Assembly: GCA_004431415.1 (NCBI GenBank)
Contig: QPMI01000609.1
Span: forward strand, 1 to 64,000
Reading direction: 5' to 3'
Source: Cyanophora paradoxa CCMP329
Taxonomy: Eukaryota > Plantae > Glaucophyta
Length of the DNA: 64,000 nucleotides
Positions 23,842 to 35,349 of the stretch are shown piece by piece. Made by a program: the position numbers and the translations under genes. Below the pieces are notes generated by a model. It saw only the letters and a list, made by a program, of their open reading frames with translations, was not told the origin of the DNA and searched no databases. Within the stretch, counting starts at the first letter, position 1, and each line of letters starts with the position of its first letter.

Positions 23842-24754
23842 AAGAACTTGGGGGTGACGAATTCCTTGCGAGAACTCATGGCACCGCACTGGTGGTACGT
23901 GTGGGTCTGGTGGAAGCCCCCGTAGTGGACCGGGGCGGCCGCAGGGGGGGCGCTGGACTTGCAGCCGCACTGGCGGTACCCGTGGGATCCTGTAATTCCA
24001 AGGATACCCTCTATCTTCTTCGTCCAGTTTGCGACGATCGTCTTCGGGATATCGATCCCCTCCGTCTGAGACATGCATTCGAGCGCACGCTTCAAGACGG
24101 ACAGGACGGCCTCGTCATCGACGGCGGTCGCGCCGGGGTTGGACGAGCTGAGGATCGCGAAGATGTTCAGCCCCGCTTCTCCGCTCTCCAGCGCGGCGTC
24201 CCGGATGCAGCGGTACATCGCTGGGCCCGCCGAGGAGATGCACGATGCCCCACACTTCGGGACCAAGAACCCCCCGCGGATGACTGGGAGCGGGCCAGAC
24301 CGCTCACCCCCGAGCCCGGCACCCGAGATGACCTGCACGCCGCCGAACTACCGTGTCGACCTCTTCGAAATTGAGTCCGGCCTATATGAGACGAACTTTT
24401 GAGTCGCGATGAAAAAAAAGTTTTTTTGTGAAAACTTCGATCGAGACCCATAAGGGGGGGGCTCTCGAAATCGAGGGGGTCGACACGGTTTGTAAAAAAC
24501 TGGACAGATGTCAAATCGCAGCGCTAAGGAATTCCGGCAAAACGTCCAGGTCGCCCTCGGAAGCAGGACCGAGGCACACGCCCATGCGTTGGAGCTCCTT
24601 GCGGCCCTGGAACCCGGCGGCCTGGCTGGATTCAATTCTTGGGCATCTCATCAGATCGAGTCCATGGAGGCCACACTCGAACCAACGCAGGATTTGGCGC
24701 TCGAGCTTGTGGATGCCCTCTTTACTGCAACCCCCAGGGATGCAGGGGATTCGC

Positions 24755-25070
24755 CCCCCTGGAGACTGCATTTTCCCACGATACCAAACGAGCCTTTCCC
24801 CAGATCTATGTCAGAGCAGATCTGATCAATCAAATGGGGTGGGATGTAGCGGTGGCTCGGCATGTTGGCATCGAAACTCGCACTCGAAAACCTATATGAG
24901 GGGCCGCCAAGCCTCTGTAGCGCTGAAGAAATGCCCATGAAAATACCTCGTATGTCTTGAATGGAATCGTGATCCGGGATGAGCGTTGGATCATTTTGAA
25001 TTCGATCTTCAAATTTCCACCTAAGGGCATTGAACTCTTGAAAAATTGCCCCAGTAGACATTGTACGCAA
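24755..25070 (-). pseudogene. Second kinase stub, abutting a convergent truncated + strand ORF (24508-~24755)
   Basis: IDLGKGSFGIVGKC, then coding sense is lost. Confidence 0.5.
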
Positions 25071-25103
25071 ATCCTATAAACGCAGATAATTCTTCCTACA
25101 CGA

Positions 25104-25766
25104 CTAATCGGATATCTGGATAGCGTCTCGGGCAGTTTTGCCATCACGGGGGCGCGAATCCGATGGACCGAAGGAGCCCAGAAACTGTAGGTCCCCCCCA
25201 GAAGAGACGCGGGGCTGGACACGGGCTGGGGGCTGGCGGTCATAGTTGTACCGCACCTGCGAAATGCGGAAAGGCTGGGCGGAGGGCGGGGTGGGCACCG
25301 GTTCCTGATAGTTGTACCTCACTTGGGAAATGCGGAAAGGCTGGGCGGCGGGCGGGGTAGGCACCCGAACAGGGGGTTCCGGATAGTTATACCGCACTCG
25401 CGAAATATCGAAAGGCCGGGCGGCTGGTGGGTTAGGCATACTTCCCGCAGGATCGGTATCGTAGTTGTACCGCACTTGTGAAATATCAAAAGGCTGGGCG
25501 GCGGGTGGGGTAGGCACGCGGCGGGGGGGTTCCGGGATGGTTACCGCAGCATCCCGAGCGGGCTGGCCGTAATTGTAAGCAATAGGGAATGGTAAGTTGG
25601 GCCGGGGAGGCCCTTCGTGCCTTGCCCGGTGTGGTGCAGGTTCCTCCTCCTCGGGGGAAGCCAGAGGACGCTTACGGGTTGCTACTGGTTGCGGGTGGAT
25701 GTCGAGTCGCCTAAACTCAGCAGGCTGCCTGCCAGGTCGGGGGCCTGTCAGGACAGCGGCAGGGGG
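25104..25766 (-). CDS. Pro-rich repeat protein 3' fragment, fused in frame to the A32 N-half
   Basis: Four P(T/N)PPxAxPFxISxVRYNY repeats plus one degenerate copy (PFPIAYNY). Confidence 0.65.
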   Translation of the reverse strand, partial: PPAAVLTGPRPGRQPAEFRRLDIHPQPVATRKRPLASPEEEEPAPHRARHEGPPRPNLPFPIAYNYGQPARDAAVTIPEPPRRVPTPPAAQPFDISQVRYNYDTDPAGSMPNPPAARPFDISRVRYNYPEPPVRVPTPPAAQPFRISQVRYNYQEPVPTPPSAQPFRISQVRYNYDRQPPARVQPRVSSGGDLQFLGSFGPSDSRPRDGKTARDAIQISD

Positions 25767-26192
25767 CTGGGCCGCTATGACCAAGTGGATGCCGTTGTGT
25801 CTCCCGTTCATGAAGACGTAGCGCATGTACCGATCGTTCGCGATCGCACTCTTGTTGAAAAGGCAATCGTCCAGAACGATGAACACGCCAGGTGGCTTTT
25901 GTCCCGTCTTCGCAATCCTCTGCTGGTTCTTGACGATTCCCTTGATGACATCGGGATCGTACTCTGCATGGATGAACAGGCCCGGGCAGTGCTTGGACCA
26001 TGTTGGGTTCGCCGGCGATTCCGTGGGGGAGAAGATGACCCCGGAATCTATGTGCCGGTAGTGGTACATCAGATCGAGCATCAGGGTTGTCTTCCCTGAA
26101 CCCCGCCGCCCAATCACACCGAAGACTCGGTAACCCGAGAAGTGTTTCGGATCGAACTTCCTGAGGTGCAGGCTCTGACCCCCGGGCGGCAT
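25767..26192 (-). pseudogene. A32-like packaging ATPase, N-terminal half
   Basis: LRKFDP..VIGRRGSGKTT (Walker A), FSPTE, FIHAEYD, FIVLDDCL (Walker B), FMNGRH..VIAAQ; homology stops immediately after the Q. Confidence 0.92.
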
Positions 26193-26241
26193 CCTTCAGG
26201 TGTTGCCGCGGGGAAAAATCGGGGGGCCACGAACACGCTGT

Positions 26242-26718
26242 TTATGCAGAGACCTTGACAAGCCTGAATGATGCATTCCAACCGGGCATCTTCTTCTGGA
26301 CAGGCCGGCTGCGGCCCACCTTCTTGGATGCCTGCACCCTGAGCACAAGATGGACGGCCCTGCTCTGGGCCCACTCTATGTACTCGTTGTCTCGATCGAT
26401 CGACCTGGAGTACCAGGCGCTCCGGGAATGGATCTGACTCTTCATTCGCTGAATGGCCTTCTTGTGGCTCGCTTCCACGGCCCGCGGCCTCAGGCTCCCT
26501 TTCCGTGAACCAACCGTTGTTCTCATGCGGGCAAGCTCGGCTTCCAGTGCAAAAAGCTGCCCGTGAAGCTCGTCTATCTCCAGGGGCCAGGCCCGTACGA
26601 GCGCGTCCCTGCGCGCTATGATGGCCGGAATTCTCTTTTCAAGTTCCTGCAGCTCATAGTATTCCTTTGTCGCCTTTCCCACGGGCTTGTAAACACGGCT
26701 TGATTTCGTCTGCGTCAT
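26242..26718 (-). CDS. Hypothetical basic coiled-coil viral protein
   Basis: MTQTKSSRVY... to stop at 26242. Confidence 0.45.
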   Translation of the reverse strand: MTQTKSSRVYKPVGKATKEYYELQELEKRIPAIIARRDALVRAWPLEIDELHGQLFALEAELARMRTTVGSRKGSLRPRAVEASHKKAIQRMKSQIHSRSAWYSRSIDRDNEYIEWAQSRAVHLVLRVQASKKVGRSRPVQKKMPGWNASFRLVKVSA

Positions 26719-26777
26719 TCCCCCGGTCGTGTTGCAAGGCGGGCAAGAAAATAATACAGGATGAGCGTAATCGGCGA

Positions 26778-27220
26778 TCAAAGGGGGGTGGGGGCCTGAG
26801 GGAGGGCGAGGAGTTTGGAAATGGCCTTGATGATCCCCTCCCTGTCGAGGCTCGCATCCTGGAGGACCTTTGCGGCGTTCATCCGCAGCTGCTCCTTTGT
26901 CAGGTGCTCGAAGTTGTACACGTTGAAAGTCGAGACCCGGATGCACGAATTGCACGTGATGAGCGCGTCACTTCCGCCCACGATGGTGAGATCTGCAACG
27001 CGCACGCGAACCTCCGACAGCTCGGGGCAGTCGGGGTGCGAGAAGCCCGGTAGGATGAGGAGCTGCCCCTCGGCGACCGGTCTGTTCCAGAGCGTGCCGT
27101 ACAGGAAGTCGACTAGCTTGTGGTCGTGGTCCCTGGTGATCCTGTCCATCGCAGGGTCCAGGAAGATGACTGTGCAGCTCAGCACGGTCCCGAGGTCGTG
27201 CAAGACCTCAACAGCAACGG
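26778..27220 (-). pseudogene. 5'-truncated hypothetical protein
   Basis: Open frame with coding-like codon use but no ATG at its left-facing start; divergent junction with the + strand fragment at ~27225. Confidence 0.45.
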
Positions 27221-27226
27221 TCTTAG

Positions 27227-27760
27227 ATGCACCAGGGGGCTCCCATCAATTTCTGCAGGAACCCCGCGCACGGCAGACTCTGCCTTGCGTGCTTCAAAAC
27301 CTGGGTAGAGGCCAAGGTGAGGTGCCTGGAAGATAACAGGCCCGTTGCGATGAACCGCACGCTCTTCCAGGTACAGCAGGCGGGGCAGGTGGAAGCCGGC
27401 AATGCATCCTTCCGCCCCCCAACCAGGTACAACTACAACCCGCCCCCTCCACGCAACACAGCCCCCCCAACCCGGTCCGATCCAGTACGGCCCGCGCCCC
27501 CAGATGGTCTACCGGCCCCCTTCCGCCCCCCACCCCGGTACGACCCGACCCGCCCCAGCTTTTACCCGGCTCGACGAGTTCCACAGGCCGGTGCAGGGGC
27601 GCGAATGTTTGGTTACCTCACGCAGGCCGGCAGGGGCCTAGCGACCGCTGTCAAGGTCACAAGAGAGTTCATGGGCAGGGTAGATGCGGCACGCAGGGAA
27701 ATAGAGGTGAGGGACAGGACGAACCCGGCAAATCTGCCAATCAGAGGAAACCAGACCGCT
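27227..27760 (+). pseudogene. Fragment with partial RING-like Cys/His cluster and Pro-rich region
   Basis: FCRNPAHGRLCLACFKTW..RC followed by RPPTRYNY-type Pro-rich sequence. Confidence 0.4.
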
Positions 27761-28719
27761 GCCCACATTGCGGTACATGCCGACCTGGATGGTGACGACG
27801 AGCGTCCGGAGCGATTTGGGGATGTCGTCCTTTGCCCTGGAGAAGGCAAGGGGGTCGATGTAGCGCGGCACCGAGTAGTTGTAGATGCGTCCATCCAGGT
27901 AGACCTCCTCGAGGCCTGGGAGGCCCCGCAGGTGTGCGAAGGCCTACTGTCTGTACGCCGGAAACACACGCTTCACCCAGAACTCCCTGCCCTGGATCGG
28001 CCACCTGTTCCGAAAGACGACCGGCTCCAGTACCGGAGGAGGCCGACTGCGGGCGGGGCCGGGAGGAGGACGACGAGGAGGACGCCATATGCATTCCACC
28101 CTGGGGGCTGAATCTTTTCCGGCCCGCGCAAACGCGGTGGTGCCGGGCGTACAGTTCCCTGAGGGTCGCACGGTGCTTGGCTAGCGATGGAAAGTGCTTG
28201 CCACCGAAAGGATAAGAGGCAAAGGGGGGTGCAGGAGTCCCGTTGTCACGGTAGTCCGGCATGCACGAGGCACAGTGAAAGGCGACCCCCTCCAAGAGGC
28301 AGTGCATGGAGCCAAGAGCCAAGGCCATCGAGCCTTCCTGTGCGGGCCCCTCTAGGGATCCGCCCTGGCCTACCAGGGTTTCAAAGGCCCTCTGCGCTCC
28401 TGCGAGTCGTTGGACTCTAAGGCAGGCCCGGCTTGCTGCATCGGCTTCCAGTTCGCTCATATTGGCAGTACACGGGACGCTACCCCCTACAGCCCACACT
28501 TCTGCAGCTGGTCCGGACGCATGGGGCGGAAGTGGGTGAACCCCATCTCCATCAGGAGGTCAAGGCGGTGTGCCATCGCCTCCTCGAGCGTGTCGAACTG
28601 GGCGGCCTCCTCGTCATCCCCGAGCCGGTCCGATGTCCACTTGGTCGTTCCGGCAATTTCGGTCCTCCCGTGGACGAAGAACTTGCCGGATTCAGTATCT
28701 TTCTGCACCAGGAGCGGGA

Positions 28720-29208
28720 GGTGGAATCCTCACCGGGGGGGCATCCGGTGGCGGGACAGACATTGGGCGTCTCCCCTTCAAAGGCACAATCCCCGCAGCC
28801 GTTTCTGTAAGAGCTGGCCATCTCGCACCCGGGACCCCGGCAGGCCGAACCGTTGCCCCCACAGTCTCCACAGTCGTCACGGTGGATGCCCGCTGGGCAT
28901 CCCCTGTCTGTGCAGAGGTTCCCATTGCCACCACACATGCCGCACGCATCCCGAATCATCCCAGGGGGGCATCCCTTGGAGGTGCACGTAGAGTTGTCAC
29001 CCCCACATATTCCACATGCATCCGGGGGCTCCCCCAGCCGGCAGTTGAACACAACATTGTTCTCTTCGGGGGAGGTTGTTCCAGTGACCTCCAGGAGATC
29101 TCGTGCCCTTGATCTGGAGGCGCGGACCGACAGGAAGGTAGCGTAGGCTGCGGCCGCTATCAGGATGATCAGGATAACCGCCTGGTCGATACCTGTCCGA
29201 CCAGACAT
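28720..29208 (-). pseudogene. N-terminal TM plus Cys-rich DxCGxCGGxxSxC repeat protein, 3'-truncated
   Basis: TM AVILIILIAAAAYATFL, then DACGICGGDNSTC, DACGMCGGNGNLC, DDCGDCGGNGSAC. Confidence 0.7.
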
Positions 29209-29216
29209 GCATCGAG

Positions 29217-30395
29217 TCAACACACACAACCTGCTACCGAGAAAAAGTAGAGGGCACTACACCGAGGATGAACAGAGGCGGACACGAAGGGCTGGATGAG
29301 CCCGTCGCCCTCGTGGCCGTAGACGGAGATGGTGGCCATCTCCATCCCGAGATTCAGGAGCAACATGCCGGTAAGACTCGCAAGCGTGCTCGCAACCCCC
29401 TCCTCGTGCGACATCCCGGCGGCGGTGTCTGCCATGTTCATCACGGGGATGTGCATCTCGAGGGTGCGGAGGGCGCTCGGCAGGGAAAAGGATTCGAGGG
29501 GGAAGCTGATGGGACCCTCGCGCCGCTTCAGGTTGCCGCTGATGATGATGAGCTTCTCGAGCGACTCCCACTTCTTCGCACTCCGCAGGATGCACCGGAC
29601 CACCTCGGTCGAGCAGGTGTTGGCGGTGAAGGTGACCTCGCGGGGGCCGGCCTCGTTGTGCGGGATGCAGTAGAAGCAGGCCCCCAGCGTGGAAGGGTCG
29701 TCCGCTTGCTGCTCTCCGGGCACCCCGAGGATGCTCATGAGGCCCCCGAGGCTCCCGGCGGACGCCTCCGACATTCTGAACGAGCGGCTGGGGTCCTCTG
29801 GGTATCGGCGGACGGTGAACCGCTGGATGTTGGGAAACGCCGCCCCAACCCCGGGCATGTCGATCTCCCAGGGCGGCGGGTGGGAGCTGGCGTTTGCGAT
29901 GAGAACCGTGAGATCATCGACCGACGGCAGGGGTGTCCCCGGGAGCCAGTCCTCCTCGCCCTCCGCCGTCAGCTCTAGCGTCCTGAGGTTCGGGAGGGGG
30001 GCCTGGACGTTCGCCTTGCCGGCGGCCTTGAGGACGCCACCGAGTTCCGCGGAGGAGCAGGAGAGCCGAGCGAGGCGGGAGAGTGCGACGCTGAGGTCTG
30101 CCCTGGTGCGGGTGGAGACGTGACTGCCGATTTCCACCGGTACCGGCCCGCTGCCATTCGGTCTCTTGAGGGCGAGGGTGGTCGCTCCGATTTTGGAGAT
30201 GCAGGCCAGCAGCTCGACGGCCTTGAAGGGGGCCCGGGGGATGTCCTGGACCATGGTGATCTCCGACGGACGGGCGTGCTCCGGGACGAACGCCTTCACC
30301 CACGTGAAGAAGTTGGAAGCGGCCGGCGTCATGTCGCCGGGGGCCCCGAAGCGGCTGCAGTAGCGCGTGTAGGAGTGCAGCTCGTACGAGACCAC
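29217..30395 (-). CDS. Leucine-rich-repeat (RNI-like) protein
   Basis: LPNLRTLEL, LPSVDDLTV, FPNIQRFTV, SLEKLII, ALRTLEM motifs; start uncertain. Confidence 0.55.
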   Translation of the reverse strand: MVSYELHSYTRYCSRFGAPGDMTPAASNFFTWVKAFVPEHARPSEITMVQDIPRAPFKAVELLACISKIGATTLALKRPNGSGPVPVEIGSHVSTRTRADLSVALSRLARLSCSSAELGGVLKAAGKANVQAPLPNLRTLELTAEGEEDWLPGTPLPSVDDLTVLIANASSHPPPWEIDMPGVGAAFPNIQRFTVRRYPEDPSRSFRMSEASAGSLGGLMSILGVPGEQQADDPSTLGACFYCIPHNEAGPREVTFTANTCSTEVVRCILRSAKKWESLEKLIIISGNLKRREGPISFPLESFSLPSALRTLEMHIPVMNMADTAAGMSHEEGVASTLASLTGMLLLNLGMEMATISVYGHEGDGLIQPFVSASVHPRCSALYFFSVAGCVC

Positions 30396-31046
30396 CGTGC
30401 ATCCACGGGAGCGCAGGAAGGATCGCCCCAGCAGGCGATGTCTGCGTCATCACCTCCCCGAAGCGCCCTGGAATCGACCTTGATGGATGCGTGGAGGGAG
30501 GGAGTGATGTACGGAGCTGAGTGTCCCACCCCCCTCTTCAAAGGCCCTGGGGGCCGAGGTTGGTGGCCGTGGTCGCATTTCCCTGGGTCTGGGCACGGTA
30601 CAGGAGGTCCTGCAGGTCCATGCTGGTCATCTGGGAAGTCTACGTGCAGGGCTTAACCCCCACCGGGGCAAGGGCTGGCATGGTACCCCAAAGGACCACA
30701 AAAAGTCGGATCGGACCCAGACGCCTGAACGCGTCCCCCCGGCCCACCACAAACTCTCTGCTACATTGCAAAAGCAGCCAAATGCCGGCAGAGTCTGTTG
30801 AAACAGTTCGAGACCCCGTCACCGTCGTTCTGCACCTGCTCCTGATGGGGCGGTCCGCCGGACACCCGTTCGTGCAGATATCGGTGTTGGGGTACCAGCG
30901 CCCTCCCAGGCGCGGCTGATCTCCACTCCTACCGTCCAGCTTGATCGTGTGCTTGCCTTTCGCTTTCCGTTGCCATCCGTATGCTCGCAGTCCATGTTCT
31001 GCATGTCGATCTTCAGGACCAGCTGGTGTGGGTTTGGACCCTTTTA

Positions 31047-31244
31047 GAAGACCTGGGGGGCGCAGTAGACCCCGTTTCGGTACGCGAATATGTGCCGGTC
31101 CCGCACAAGCTCGGGAAACTCCATCGTCAGGCAGTTCTTGAGGCTGGTGACCAGGCAGCCCCTAACCGACGCGTGGGAGTGCATGAGCTTGTACATGCTG
31201 TAGTAGACATCCTTGTTGGTGAGCTCCTCGACCAGGCGCTCGAT
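31047..31244 (-). pseudogene. D5-like primase-helicase, internal (D5_N region) fragment
   Basis: LKNCLTMEFPELVRDRHIFAYRNGVY matches the F.EL..DRH..SF.NG.Y motif. Confidence 0.75.
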
Positions 31245-31449
31245 TGACATGATCAACGAGGTGGACGCTAAGCTTGAGTCGAAAGCATCCGCGGCCGGGC
31301 TTTTCAATAGCTTGACAACAAGTATTCTATTCATCGTGGCGGGCATAGTGGTCATTGCCTTCCTTGTCATTCGTTTCGGGAAATCAAAACCGAAAGCACC
31401 TACATCCGCGGCGGCTGCTGCCACCGCAGCAGCCGCCGCTGCCACCTAA
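31245..31449 (+). pseudogene. C-terminal fragment of an L1/F9-like virion membrane protein
   Basis: INEVDAKLESKASAAGLF, then a TM helix and basic tail; 5' part missing. Confidence 0.45.
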
Positions 31450-31599
31450 GAGGATGGGAAGAGGATGGATGCCCGGGTGGAGAGGATAGAATCGGGGGGG
31501 TTCAGGGCCGGGGTGTTCGATTCTTCCGACGCACACTCGGCAATAACGGACCACTGCTGCTCCCCCCTGCGAACGGCGATCAAGCCGAACCCGTAGTTT

Positions 31600-32234
31600 C
31601 CGGTATTGATGTCACCGCTTTCCATCCTCTCTGCAAGGCGCTTGATCTTGTTGGCCCCTGCTGGGTTGGCCCGAGGGCTGCAGCTGATATCAGTGGTTTA
31701 TGCCATTCAACCAAAGAAACCGCCGATGATCTTACAAGACTGCCTAGCGTCCCTTGCCATCGCAGCATGGGGCTCGTCCAGGTGGGTCAGCAACCACGTG
31801 AGGCGATGGACAGCCGCCTTTGCAGCCTCCGGCTGGACGCGGCTTCGGAGTACGATGTTGTGCCCCCCTTGATCCTGGCGGAGGCCATCCTCGCATCCCT
31901 ACCGGACGGCCCCGTCGTTCTACAGATCTCCCACGAACCCATGTGGTTGAACCCGGTGTACGAAACGGCCCGCGGGGCTCTGGCAGTTGCGGCGGCCGTG
32001 TTGGAGGGGCGCCCGGATCGAACCGTCAAGGTTGTCATGGACGTGGTGCCCCTGGGAGAGCTCGAGGCCTCTCCTGCATTCCTGGGCCAGCTGGTCAAGA
32101 ACGCAGCGGGCGTGTACCTCCGCAGCTGCATCGTTCCCGAGGGGAGGCCCAATTCGGCCTCTGCCCTTGCCTTTAAGGCCCTCGAGGCCGACGGAAGGAA
32201 GTTTGTGGTCACCGGGCACGTCGGCCTGCCTTGA
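31600..32234 (+). CDS. Hypothetical viral protein
   Basis: Open frame extending upstream of the 31767 ATG; start uncertain. Confidence 0.4.
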
Positions 32235-33232
32235 TGTGTGTGCGATGTGTACAGAGAATGGATTGAAACTGCCCCCAGAATCACTGTCACTTGAAATATA
32301 TTTCTGCTAGGTATCCTAGACACTCAAAAGGGTCATGCCGTCGAGCTCTATCGCAGTTCAAGGCCATGATGATGCAGAGGCAGGGCATCCAGTTCGATCG
32401 CAAGTTCGACGCCAACACGCCCCTTCCGGAGCTGCGGGCCGAGGTTCGCAGGGCCGCCCGCGTCACGTCTCCCAGGTTGTGCCCGAACCGGGAGAGCCCC
32501 AGCCGAGCGTCTTGGAAGCCGGATGCCACCTGGCCCCCCACGCTATTGTAAGCATCCCCAGCATTCTGCAGGCCGCGTGCCCACGCGCCTTGCATGCCTG
32601 CGTAGGCCATCGAAGGGTTTGGGTTTGCTCTGCGGTCAGAAAAAAACACCATGGCCCAGAATATATTATGTTGCGGTGATCCCGAGCCCACCCCGCCATG
32701 TCCGAAAAGCTAACGGCCACCGGCGCGACCCTCCTCCTAATGCAGAACAGATGGCCTGTCCAGCCTCGGGGCAATGTGGATTGTCATCTCCTTGGGAAAG
32801 AACCAGCGCTGGTTGAGCTGACGGGGACACCAGTGCTTTCCGTACTTTGCGCCGCGCTTCTTCTGCTTGTGGATCTCGTCCTCGACGACGAGGCCCTGGG
32901 CGTAATTCCACCCGATAACGATGTCCACAGTCTTGACGGCCGAGAACAGCGGGGAGCTCAGGGCCAAGAGGACAGCTGGGAGCCCTCCCTTGAGGTCGAC
33001 CCAGGGACCTCCTTTGGCTTTGATGCCATCGAGCACGGTGCAGGCGCGCTGGGTCTTGCCTGGTCCACCGTTGGCCCTGCGGCCCCAGAGCCGCCAGTGC
33101 AGGTTTTCGCCCTCCACATCAAAGATGACACGGCGGGGCCATGATAGGAACCGGGGCGGCCTGCATTGCACAACAACAAAGGGCACGCTGCTAGGTTGTT
33201 GGGGGGGAAAAAAATACTGACCAGAGTGAAGA

Positions 33233-33685
33233 ATGAAGGACAGAGGCGGGATACCGGTGGCCCCAATCCTTCTCCTGGCGACCCTTGCGGTTCTGGCACT
33301 CTTCTGGTTTTCAAGGGACGACCAGGGCGTGCCCAAGAGCGAGGCCCCGATCCAGGCTGCCCCCTTGCCCTCCAGGCCTCCCCCTGCAGCGGCTCCATCC
33401 ATCCCCCAGCAGCCCCAACTGACAGCCCCCGTGCCAGGCGCCCCTGTAGGATCTGCCGGGCCGATTATCACTGATGAGGGAGGTGCGGATGGGTGGGACT
33501 ACACGGATGAGCTTGAAAAGCTGATTCCCGAGGTGCAGTCTCCTTACATCCCTCCCGATTCCGTCTTACCCTCCGCGGGTCCCGTGCTTGTTGCCCCCCC
33601 AATCGAACAATCCAGCGGGCCGGTCGAGATCGACGAGTGGGATGCCGACTGGTACACTGGGGGCTGGGACGAAGAATCGACCCCA
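33233..33685 (+). pseudogene. Signal/TM-anchored Pro/acidic protein, 3'-truncated by a convergent Cys-rich fragment (~33680-33940, minus)
   Basis: MKDRGGIPVAPILLLATLAVLALFWF... with an A7 tract upstream. The opposite strand reads CTGTGLCNSHCP/CTATGVCDDTCP/CSPTGTCNTTCP. Confidence 0.6.
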
Positions 33686-34010
33686 GATCGGTACCTGTCC
33701 CGAGGGGCAGGTCGTGTTGCAGGTTCCTGTAGGGGAGCACTTCATCCCGTCGGGGCAGTTGTACACCCGGTACCAGCCCGGGGGACACGTATCATCACAA
33801 ACCCCGGTCGCAGTGCAGAGGGTTCCGTCCTTGCAATCGGCGATCGGCCACGTCGAGGGGGGGCAGTGGCTATTGCAGAGGCCTGTTCCCGTGCAGACAT
33901 GTTTGCGCTCCTTCCGGATGATATCACGAGGAAGAGAGTACTTATAGCCGGCGGGGGCAATCCCCGGTCACCTTGCAGCCACCTCGCAGACCAAACCAGC
34001 AGCAGAAGCC

Positions 34011-34343
34011 ATGGGCAAGAAGCAGCAGCAGAAGAAGCAGCGCGGCGGCCCCGAGAAGAAGCCGAAGAAGGAGCCAATCGACCTCGACGAGCTGAGCGCG
34101 GACGAGAGCGTTCCCGCGGCGACCGGCGGCCCTGGGGAGGCGCCGGCGGCCAAGGAGAGCGCTCCCGTCGTCGAGGCAGAGAAGACCGCGGAGGCCAAAG
34201 AGGCCGGGGAGCCAGAGACCAAGCCAGAGGCCGAGGAGCCAAAGGCAGACAAGGCCGCCGAGACCGAGCCCAAGGCCAAGCCGGCGGTGGAGGAGCCCGA
34301 GGAAGGCTCCGATGGGGAGTTCGAGGAGTCCGACATGGACTAG
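34011..34343 (+). CDS. Small Lys/Glu-rich disordered protein
   Basis: Complete 110-aa ORF with strong codon bias. Confidence 0.65.
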   Translation: MGKKQQQKKQRGGPEKKPKKEPIDLDELSADESVPAATGGPGEAPAAKESAPVVEAEKTAEAKEAGEPETKPEAEEPKADKAAETEPKAKPAVEEPEEGSDGEFEESDMD

Positions 34344-34425
34344 GCCCCGCCCACCCCGCCCCACCAGCTAGCCGGATGTACAGCACGGCCAGGCTTTCCA
34401 ATTCCGTACTTTCATTGCGCATGTG

Positions 34426-34755
34426 TCACATGGGCCGGGTGGTTCCGCGGCCGCAAAACCGCGGGCGGAAGGAGAGGTAGTTTGTGTACCGGGAGCCGTC
34501 GCGCCTGAAGCAGACCACGATGCCCTGGTGCTCGTTGAGGTAGCGGGTCTCGCCGGCACCGTGGGAGTCGTAGATCAGCCGGTGGATCTTCTCGGGCCGC
34601 GACGAGAGCTCGACGTAGCTGGCGGGGCCCTTGCAGAGGATGGGCGGCACGGTGCGCGAGAACAGCCGCCCGAAGCGTAGGGCGCGCAGGGCGAACCGCG
34701 CCCTCCGCACCGCATCGGGGCCCAGGGCGTCCCGCGCGGCCCGGCACGAGTCCAT
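34426..34755 (-). CDS. Hypothetical viral protein
   Basis: ~110-aa ORF with strong GC3 bias. Confidence 0.45.
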   Translation of the reverse strand: MDSCRAARDALGPDAVRRARFALRALRFGRLFSRTVPPILCKGPASYVELSSRPEKIHRLIYDSHGAGETRYLNEHQGIVVCFRRDGSRYTNYLSFRPRFCGRGTTRPM

Positions 34756-35349
34756 CACGGCTAGACAGGAATTGTAACAATGAAAGGGCCGCCGGGGGCG
34801 ATCCGGACTACGAGACCACCCTCAGGCGCCACAACCACCCGGGGCTCGTCTCCGGGCGCGGGGAGCGGCATGCGGACGAGCTCGCCGAGCGTGCAGGGGA
34901 GACGGGCAACCCCTGGCAGTCCCCGACGCTGGAGATGCGGGCAGTCTACTTCAACGTCCGGAGAGCCCTCGAGGGCGCACTGCGCACCAAGCTCGGCGCA
35001 GAGGACCTGCAAGGGTCCAGGCAGGGCGTGCTCTCCGGCATGAAGAACATGTTCACGGCAGCTCAGATCCGCCGCCTCCTACGGGCGATGTGGATAGAGC
35101 CTTTTGCAGCCAGGGACGACCCTTCCGAGGAGAGGAACCGCAGGATGGTCGCCGAGATGTTCGTGCTCGATGAACCATTTGGGTGGCTGCGGGACGGGTC
35201 CGCTCAGGTCGCCCGCACGAGGCGCCTGGTATGGAAGCGGGCCACGCGGTCCCAGCCCCGCCTCCTGATTCACCGGGAAGACAACTACCAGCACCCAATC
35301 AACAAGACGAAGGAGTGGTTCCTTGATTTCATCGAGAACGTTCTGCCCA

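Noticed and set aside
25240-25580. CRISPR-like repeat-spacer array
   Set aside because: The repeats are degenerate at synonymous positions and in frame, so they are protein repeats; no cas genes.
26778-27220. CDC48 N-domain assignment (LWNRPVAEG)
   Set aside because: Single short motif only; insufficient without a profile search.
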